This document shows, in pieces, positions 16,246 through 21,948 of a stretch of DNA of 21,948 nucleotides. A program made the translations under genes and the position numbers. This DNA is from an uncultured virus (IMG/VR IMGVR_UViG_3300002158_000015). Taxonomy: Duplodnaviria; Heunggongvirae; Uroviricota; Caudoviricetes. The notes below the pieces were generated by a model. The model was not told the origin of the DNA, made no database searches, and saw nothing but the letters and a program-made list of their open reading frames with translations. The DNA is taken from IMG/VR virus record IMGVR_UViG_3300002158_000015. One strand, 5' to 3'. Every line of letters starts with the position of its first letter. The stretch's first letter is position 1.

Positions 16246-17009
16246 CAGGCGGCCCTCCGCGCCGAAAAGCGTTTTGGCGTCTCGCCGGTGAAGACGCGGC
16301 CGCGATAATTGGCGATGGTGAGCTCGCCGACACCGGCGGTCAGCGCGAAGGAGGCGGCGGCGTTCAGCGTCGTGGCGATCTTTCGTGCCTTGCCGCCGGT
16401 CTGCTCGCGGATCAGGTCGAGCAGTTCGTCGCTGATGCCGAGACGCGGATAGAGGAAATCGGCCAGCGCGCGCGCATCGGCGAGGTCGCAGGGCTGCGCC
16501 AGCACCCATTCCAGCACGCGGTTGTGCACGCGCTCATGCTGCTCCAGTTTCTGCGGTAGCAATTCCTCGCCGACAAGCAAAACAGGTACTTGGGCCGCCT
16601 TGTTGATGTCGCGCACCAGTTCGATCATGCCCTTGTCGACCAGCTTGTCGGCCTCGTCGATGATGACGGGCCGCGCCGGGTCGTCGCCGAGGCGGGCGAT
16701 GATCTCGTCCATCATGTCGCCGATGGTGCCGCGCGGCTGCGCCACGCCGAGCTCTGCCAGCAGCGCCTGACAGAACTTCTTGCGGGTCCAGAAATCGAAC
16801 ACCTCGACGAACAGCGCGCCGGTGCGGTTCCAGCAATATTGCGCCGCCATCGACTTGCCGTAGCCGGAGAAGCCGGAAAAGACGCCGATATTGGGCAGAT
16901 GCGGCGCCCGGTGCACCAGCGTATCGACCAGCGCCAGGCACGATGCGACATTCTTGAGCGGCGCCACCGAACCCGGCCTCACCGCATGCGACACAGAATT
17001 TCCGTTCAT
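16245..17009 (-). CDS. MuB-type AAA+ transposition ATPase (254 aa)
   Basis: Walker A GFSGYGKS, Walker B VIIDEAD, LLVGEE. Directly after the transposase. ATG17009 chosen as start. Confidence 0.92.
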   Translation of the reverse strand: MNGNSVSHAVRPGSVAPLKNVASCLALVDTLVHRAPHLPNIGVFSGFSGYGKSMAAQYCWNRTGALFVEVFDFWTRKKFCQALLAELGVAQPRGTIGDMMDEIIARLGDDPARPVIIDEADKLVDKGMIELVRDINKAAQVPVLLVGEELLPQKLEQHERVHNRVLEWVLAQPCDLADARALADFLYPRLGISDELLDLIREQTGGKARKIATTLNAAASFALTAGVGELTIANYRGRVFTGETPKRFSARRAA

Positions 17010-17087
17010 TCCACACCACCCCTCGAAAGCCGATCCGCCGCATTCGCGGCCCGACGCCAACAACCCGCACGCAAGACAACTGGCCGG

Positions 17088-19217
17088 CTAAAGACTGAGC
17101 GCGGCGCGACCGAATTCATCCAGCATCTGCCGCATGGCCCGGTATTCGGAGCCCTGGCGGTAACCGCCGAGCCACACCAGATCCTGTGGCCGCGCCGGCT
17201 CGCCGCGACCGACACGCTCCTCGATGTCGAGCGCACGCCGAAAGCGCTGCTCGCGCGTTTCCGGCAAGGCGACGACCGCCGGGCTGGCATCGGCCAGAAG
17301 CCGCGCATGGATGTCAGCGGCCTCTTCGGAAAGCGCGGCGGGTTCGTTGCGCGCGCTCGCCCGCGCCGCGGCATCGAGCGCCGGCGTGACATGTGCCTGT
17401 GTCGGCCGCGGGAAGGCGACGAGATTGCCCGCCCGTTTCTCGCCGGCGCGGCGCATGGCGTCGGCCACGGCGCGCGGCCCGATGCGGCGCATCTCCTGGC
17501 GGATGTCCTTGATGCGGCCGTCGAGATGCGCCTTTTGCGCCGCCTTGACGCGGGCAATTGTCGAGACGGGGTCGAGGCCGGCGAGTTCCGGGCAGACCGC
17601 CTCGCCGAGGAAGCTGGTGCCGTCCGGTTCGAACAGGAGGATGCGACCCATATCGGCCGGGTCCATGCGGCAGAACACCGTGCGGCCGGGCATGACCGAC
17701 CCCGACAAATAATGCGCGCCGTCGATGCGGATGCCGGTCTTGGCGACGGTGCGCAAACCGTCCTTGCCAGCGACCGGCGCCAACAGGATGTCGAGCGCCG
17801 CAAGATTGTCGATGCGCCGGATCGGTCCGGAAAAGCTCGCCGCGGCCTGGAACGGGGTGCGCCGGCCGAGCCCCTCATGCGGCGTCGAGGCATAGATTGT
17901 GTCCGCCCAGTCGTCGCACCAGGCCTGGAAGTCGGCGAGGTCCATGTCGACGCCGAACAGTTCGGACGGATCGGCGCCGAGCCGCTGCGCGAACGCCTTG
18001 CGGCCTTCCAGCTTCTTGCGATCGGCGACCGAATGGCCGACGAAACCCGGCAGGCCGGCGAGATCGCGCTGGAAGGTGCCGATGGCACGTTCGACCATGC
18101 CTTTCGAACGTGGCTGATAAGGCGGCGACAGTTCCGTCTCGATGCCGAGCAGCGCGAAAAGCCGCTCCGTCGCCTGTGCGGTAAAATCCGAACCGTTGTC
18201 GGTCTTGACCTTTTCCGGCACGCCCCAGGCGAGCAGGCATTTGCGCATCAACAGACCGACGCCGGCGGCGCGTGGTGTCGGTGTCGCCAGCACCTTGATG
18301 CGGCGGGAAAAGGCGTCGATCGCCAGATAGATCGAATGGCGGCCTTCCTTCAGCATGATGTCGGCCGGCGAGGCGTCGATTTGCCAGAGCTGGTTGAGCC
18401 GCTCGGCCCTGGTCGCGCCTACCGCCGCATATTCGATGCGGCTGCGGAACCCGTCGGGATCGGTGAGCAGCATCAGCTCGTGACTGTAGTCCCGGCGCCA
18501 GATGGCGAGCTGGCGCTGCAGCGTTCTGAGCGCCGGCGCCTCGAAGGTATCGCCGAAGCGATCACGGATCAGCTCCAGCGCCCGGCCGGCCGAAAGGAAC
18601 GGCATCTTGGCGATCGCGGCCAGGAGCACACTGCGCACCTGGCCGTCCAGCGCCCGGTCGAGCTGGCTCGATCCCTTGCGCGCGACGGCCGGATCGTGGC
18701 CGAGCCGGTCGGCCTGGCCGGCGTCGCGGGCCGAGCGCCAGCGTGCCAGCGAACGACCGCTGGCACGCTTGACCTGCGTCTGCACCCAGGCCGGAAGCGC
18801 GATTGAACGACTGTTGAACAGGTTTGCCACAAGATCGTCGGCGGCGGCCAGCGATAGCCCCTGCTCGCGGCGGAAACGGTCGGCCACGGCGGTGAGCGCC
18901 AGCCTGGCGTCGCGCTCGCCGCGCGCCCGCATGGTCAAGCCATCGCCACCGGTCAGCACCGGCCGCACATCGTCCTGTTCGATGCGGCAATGGCGGCCGG
19001 CATGGGCAAGCCTGGCCGACAGCGGCAACAGGTCGAGATGGAACTCGGTGCCGCCGCCGCCTTCGCGGCCTTCGCGCCGGCGGCACAGGCTGGCGTGCCG
19101 GTCCCAGCCTTCCCGCGCGATCAGCATGTTCATGCCGCGTTTGGTCGTCGGCAGGCCGGGCAGTTCGCCGGCGGCGGCAAGGGCGGCGAATTCGGCGGCG
19201 GTGAACCAGACCTTCAT
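17088..19217 (-). CDS. MuA-type DDE transposase (709 aa)
   Basis: N-terminal Mu HTH (LPGLPTTKRG..REGW..GGGGTEFH..LP). DDE triad in WQIDASPAD, KTDNGSDF, KGMVERAI. C-terminal GIRIDGAHY..DPADMGRI. Confidence 0.95.
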   Translation of the reverse strand: MKVWFTAAEFAALAAAGELPGLPTTKRGMNMLIAREGWDRHASLCRRREGREGGGGTEFHLDLLPLSARLAHAGRHCRIEQDDVRPVLTGGDGLTMRARGERDARLALTAVADRFRREQGLSLAAADDLVANLFNSRSIALPAWVQTQVKRASGRSLARWRSARDAGQADRLGHDPAVARKGSSQLDRALDGQVRSVLLAAIAKMPFLSAGRALELIRDRFGDTFEAPALRTLQRQLAIWRRDYSHELMLLTDPDGFRSRIEYAAVGATRAERLNQLWQIDASPADIMLKEGRHSIYLAIDAFSRRIKVLATPTPRAAGVGLLMRKCLLAWGVPEKVKTDNGSDFTAQATERLFALLGIETELSPPYQPRSKGMVERAIGTFQRDLAGLPGFVGHSVADRKKLEGRKAFAQRLGADPSELFGVDMDLADFQAWCDDWADTIYASTPHEGLGRRTPFQAAASFSGPIRRIDNLAALDILLAPVAGKDGLRTVAKTGIRIDGAHYLSGSVMPGRTVFCRMDPADMGRILLFEPDGTSFLGEAVCPELAGLDPVSTIARVKAAQKAHLDGRIKDIRQEMRRIGPRAVADAMRRAGEKRAGNLVAFPRPTQAHVTPALDAAARASARNEPAALSEEAADIHARLLADASPAVVALPETREQRFRRALDIEERVGRGEPARPQDLVWLGGYRQGSEYRAMRQMLDEFGRAALSL

Positions 19218-19663
19218 CGGCCGGCCCTCCATTTCGCCTCGACCGTCTGCTTCATCCTGGCGAGGTCCTTTTCATGCTCCTCGATCAGATGCAGCTCGAT
19301 CAGCGACTGGTAACGGCCGGGCACCACGACATGGTCGAACAGGCCGGCGACGAAACCGAGCAGGTCGAGGCAGCCTGTGGCGGTGACCAGCGCCACGAAA
19401 CGTTCCAGCGTGATGCGGTGGCTTTCCTTGGCTTCGGAAGCATAGGCGTCGAGCATGTCGGCGCTGACCGGGTAGCCGAGTTCCGAACTCATCGCCTCGG
19501 CCACCTCGGCGCGGCTCTTGCCGCATTCCTTAAGAGCCAACGAGACGGCGCGGCTGATGCGCGAACCCAGCCGGTTGCCGGAAAGGTCCGCCTCGAACCC
19601 CACCGCCACTTTTGGCGGCTGCCAGTCGAACAGGTCGGCGGTGAAGCGGTCGCGGGATTTCAT
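19214..19663 (-). CDS. Conserved phage regulatory/HTH-like protein upstream of the transposase (149 aa)
   Basis: ATGA overlaps at both ends. Motif SRAEVAEAMS..VSADMLDAYASEAKESHRI. Confidence 0.78.
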   Translation of the reverse strand: MKSRDRFTADLFDWQPPKVAVGFEADLSGNRLGSRISRAVSLALKECGKSRAEVAEAMSSELGYPVSADMLDAYASEAKESHRITLERFVALVTATGCLDLLGFVAGLFDHVVVPGRYQSLIELHLIEEHEKDLARMKQTVEAKWRAGR

Positions 19664-20508
19664 CGAAACCATCCGCGCGCCCTGGCATGCACCCTGATCG
19701 CCGCTTCATGCGTATCGAGGAAGGCGCTGCGCTGGCGTTCCGACAGCCGCGACCAGTTTCCGAGTGTCGAGGCGAACAGTTTTTCGGCCGTGGTCAAAAG
19801 GCGCCGCCCTTCGACCAGGGCAAGCGCATCGGCGACGCTGGCGGCCTCGGGCGGCGAAGCGAACAAAATGTCGAGGATGCGCGCCTGCACGGCCGGTTTC
19901 TGTTCCGACAAGAGTTTCAACCCGGCCTGGTGGTCTTCCAGCCAGTTGCCGCACAGGCGGACCTTGCTGTCTTCGGAGAGCGCCGAGACGATCTGCACCG
20001 CCACCTCGATGGCGCGACGTGACAGGCCGGTCATCTCGGCGGCTTCCTGGCTGAACGCAAAGATTTCGCTTTGGCGGACCATGCCGCCGCTGTGCTGGTT
20101 GCCGCGCCGGCCGCCGCGCCTGGCCTCTGGGAAACGCGCCTCATGCGCCGATTTCAGCGCCACCAGATGTTCGGCCCGCTCCAATTTGGTCAGGTCGTGG
20201 CGATCGAGGTTCTCGACGATCTCGATCAGCCGTCGTCCGGCCTCGTCCAGCGTTCCGGCGGCGATGACGCGGGCATCGATCTCGGCCTCGCCGGCCTTCA
20301 TTAACGCCGCCAGGCGCTTGGCACCGGCGATCAGCCGGAAACGGCCATTCTTCAGAGCCTCGACATTGACCGGCTGCAGGAGACCGATGGCGCGCGATGT
20401 CTTGGCGATGGTCTCGACACGAGCGGCACGCACTGCCGACAAGCGGTCTTCCGGCACGTCGATCAGCGCGACCGCGATGCGCTGGAACGTTGCCCGCGCG
20501 CCGGCCAT
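19660..20508 (-). CDS. ParB/Srx-like N-terminal domain protein with HTH (282 aa)
   Basis: GLLQPVNV..FRLIAGAKRLAA..EIVENLDRHDL, then HTH FSQEAAEMTGLSRRAIEVAV. RBS GGAGGGG before ATG20508. Confidence 0.85.
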   Translation of the reverse strand: MAGARATFQRIAVALIDVPEDRLSAVRAARVETIAKTSRAIGLLQPVNVEALKNGRFRLIAGAKRLAALMKAGEAEIDARVIAAGTLDEAGRRLIEIVENLDRHDLTKLERAEHLVALKSAHEARFPEARRGGRRGNQHSGGMVRQSEIFAFSQEAAEMTGLSRRAIEVAVQIVSALSEDSKVRLCGNWLEDHQAGLKLLSEQKPAVQARILDILFASPPEAASVADALALVEGRRLLTTAEKLFASTLGNWSRLSERQRSAFLDTHEAAIRVHARARGWFR

Positions 20509-20539
20509 CAGCGCCCCTCCCCGGCAACTTGCCGATGCG

Positions 20540-20580
20540 AAAAAATGCGCCCGCCGCCTGGGGGTGGAGCGGCGGGCGCA
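20540..20580 (-). terminator. Intrinsic terminator within the early operon
   Basis: Perfect 12-bp GC-rich stem TGCGCCCGCCGC (20546-20557) / GCGGCGGGCGCA (20569-20580) with an 11-nt loop, followed on the - strand by 6 T (A run 20540-20545). Confidence 0.72.
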
Positions 20581-20626
20581 CCGACCGCGACCGATGGGGG
20601 GCAAACGGTCACGGATTGGAAGGCGG

Positions 20627-20878
20627 TCAAAGCGCTTTCCTCATCAGCCAGATGGCCAGCGACAGGCAGATCAGCCCGACGGTGCCGGCGACGAAATGGG
20701 CAAGCGTGGAGCCACCCATCATGAGGTCGATGGACAGCACGGCGGCGACGATGTTGGAGGCAATCAGCACCAGAGCGATTACTGTGATCGGCCAGTTGCG
20801 CCGCGGCGGCGGCTCCGGCGCGCCGAAGACGCGGTTCCTGTCGGTTTCGTCGCGATTTTCGGACCGCCGTCGCATCAT
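20627..20878 (-). CDS. Small two-TM membrane protein (83 aa)
   Basis: ATGA overlap with the ner stop, GGAGGG RBS, and two hydrophobic helices. Confidence 0.72.
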   Translation of the reverse strand: MMRRRSENRDETDRNRVFGAPEPPPRRNWPITVIALVLIASNIVAAVLSIDLMMGGSTLAHFVAGTVGLICLSLAIWLMRKAL

Positions 20879-21186
20879 CGAGCCCCCTCCTGGTCCGTAC
20901 CACTTCGAGCCTTTTGACTCGCTTCCTTTACCGGCGCGGTGCTAGGGAAAAGACGCCGCCTGCCGTTCGGCCAATAGCGGTCGGGCCATAGGGTCTGCAC
21001 CGGTATGCCGAGCGCCGCCGCGATCGCGTTCTCCGCCTTCGGGTAGGATGAGCCGAGCGCGGCCGAGATTTCCGAGGCGGAGACGGGCGTATGCCGGGCA
21101 AAGGCGCTTAAAGTGCCATACCGGCGCTTGATCTCCGCCAGGATCGCGTGTCGGTCGTATCGGGTCGTGTGCTTGCCCTTGTGCAC
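20875..21186 (-). CDS. ner: Ner-like transcriptional regulator (103 aa)
   Basis: GTG21186. DRHAILAEIKRRYGTLSAFAR..YPKAENAIAAALGIPVQTLWPDRY matches the Ner/Nlp signature. Divergent from the repressor. Confidence 0.88.
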   Translation of the reverse strand: MHKGKHTTRYDRHAILAEIKRRYGTLSAFARHTPVSASEISAALGSSYPKAENAIAAALGIPVQTLWPDRYWPNGRRRLFPSTAPVKEASQKARSGTDQEGAR

Positions 21187-21238
21187 GGCTCTACCCTGAA
21201 GTGACCGGGCGGCCCGCCGCCGAACCGGTCGAGAGCAG

Positions 21239-21293
21239 TTTCTGGTTTTCCAGATGGTCCAGAAATGGACTAAAGTCAACAGAATTGGACCAT
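21239..21293. promoter_or_regulatory. Divergent repressor/ner control region with candidate operators and early promoter
   Basis: Direct repeats CAGAAATGGACTA (21260-21272) and CAGAATTGGACCA (21280-21292). Inverted pair ATGGTCCA (21254-21261) / TGGACCAT (21286-21293). A - strand TTGACT at 21279-21274. Confidence 0.6.
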
Positions 21294-21300
21294 AGCGCCG

Positions 21301-21948
21301 GTGGATAACCAAGAAAACAACAATCACCAGTCCGAATGGCCAAGGGGCGACGAGCCGTGGCGGCGCTGGCTGAAGCGCGTGGTCGGCAGCCATGGCGGCC
21401 CGTCGGCCATCGCCCGGCTGGCCGAGATCCCGCTGCAGACACTGAAGAATTACATGAACGGCACCACGCTGAAGCCGAACCTCGATTATCTGCGCCGCAT
21501 TGCCGATAGCTGCGCCGAACCGATGGACTGGCTGCCGGAACAGGGTCGCGCCGACGCCCTGCCCGCAGACTTCATGCCCGTGAATGGTGATGGCAGCGAT
21601 GTCGCGCGCTACAGTGGCGGCACGCTCACTTTCGGGGCACGGCCACAGACCGGCCGCTCGCGCTGGCGGGTGATGAGCCGCGCCATCGAACTGGCCGGCT
21701 TTCTGCCCGGCGATATCCTGGAATTCAGCGCGACGAAGAAGCCGCGCGACGGCGAACCGGTCGTCGCCGAGATCCGCAATAGCGACGGCGATCTCGCAAC
21801 CGTCCTGCGCATCTACAAGCCGCCCTTCCTGATGATGCACACCGCCGATCTCGCCGTCGATATGCGCCCGATCCCGATCGAGGCCGAGGACATCGTCGTG
21901 CGCCTGCTCGGCGGTTTCGTCATGATGCTGCGCTACGCGGTGGATTGA
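21301..21948 (+). CDS. Prophage repressor: XRE-type HTH plus degenerate S24 peptidase-like domain
   Basis: HTH GGPSAIARLAEIPLQTLKNYMNG..PNLDYLRRIA..MDWL. C-terminal RVMSRAIELAGFLPGD..PRDGEPVVAEI..ATVLR. Divergent from ner. Confidence 0.88.
   Translation: MDNQENNNHQSEWPRGDEPWRRWLKRVVGSHGGPSAIARLAEIPLQTLKNYMNGTTLKPNLDYLRRIADSCAEPMDWLPEQGRADALPADFMPVNGDGSDVARYSGGTLTFGARPQTGRSRWRVMSRAIELAGFLPGDILEFSATKKPRDGEPVVAEIRNSDGDLATVLRIYKPPFLMMHTADLAVDMRPIPIEAEDIVVRLLGGFVMMLRYAVD

Larger units (their letters stand above)
5190..21948 (-). mobile_element. Mu-like transposable prophage (repressor through gpF); continues past the right edge; head and tail modules absent from the window
   Basis: Mu-type gene order c/ner/A/B/gemA/mor/lysis/terminase/portal/F, with tightly coupled ATGA and TGATG overlaps and high GC. 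The left boundary is approximate. Confidence 0.95.

Noticed and set aside
16590..18806. 738-aa + strand ORF
   Set aside because: Antisense shadow of the MuA/MuB genes, expected in high-GC coding DNA, with no recognisable motifs.
19274..20917. 547-aa + strand ORF
   Set aside because: Shadow of the ParB-like and neighbouring - strand genes; Ser/Arg/Ala-rich with no domain signature.
7459..21840. Extended N-termini in the ORF track (e.g. terminase from 9357, endolysin from 11955, ner from 21840, DUF2730 from 10808)
   Set aside because: The extensions overlap other real genes. Downstream starts coupled to upstream stops or RBSs fit better.
1..21948. CRISPR array, tRNA/rRNA, or DGR-type template/variable repeat explanation for the gpF duplication
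   Set aside because: No regularly spaced repeats or RNA gene signatures were seen. The differences between the gpF copies are not adenine-specific and there is no reverse transcriptase in the window.

Overview
Most of the window (about 5.2-21.9 kb) is a GC-rich, Mu-like transposable prophage, probably from an alphaproteobacterium. Its left end lies beyond the right edge of the window. A + strand repressor diverges from a long - strand gene run: ner, a small membrane protein, a ParB-like protein, transposase A (DDE), MuB-type ATPase, HTH proteins, DUF3164, gemA, a Mor/C-type activator, GH108 endolysin, holin, gp25/26/27-like genes, large terminase, portal and gpF. Three small counter-oriented envelope-protein genes (morons) interrupt the early/middle region. 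The phage gene run stops right after gpF, and no gpG, protease, capsid or tail genes are present in the window. In their place is a lower-GC accessory block with three parts: a small secreted Cys/Lys-rich protein, a diverged second copy of the gpF 3' end exactly 1029 bp from the intact one, and a convergent ~1315-aa gene with REase + TPR + GreA/B-C + PIN architecture, a candidate single-gene anti-phage system. All family assignments come from motif recognition by eye, and no database search was run.
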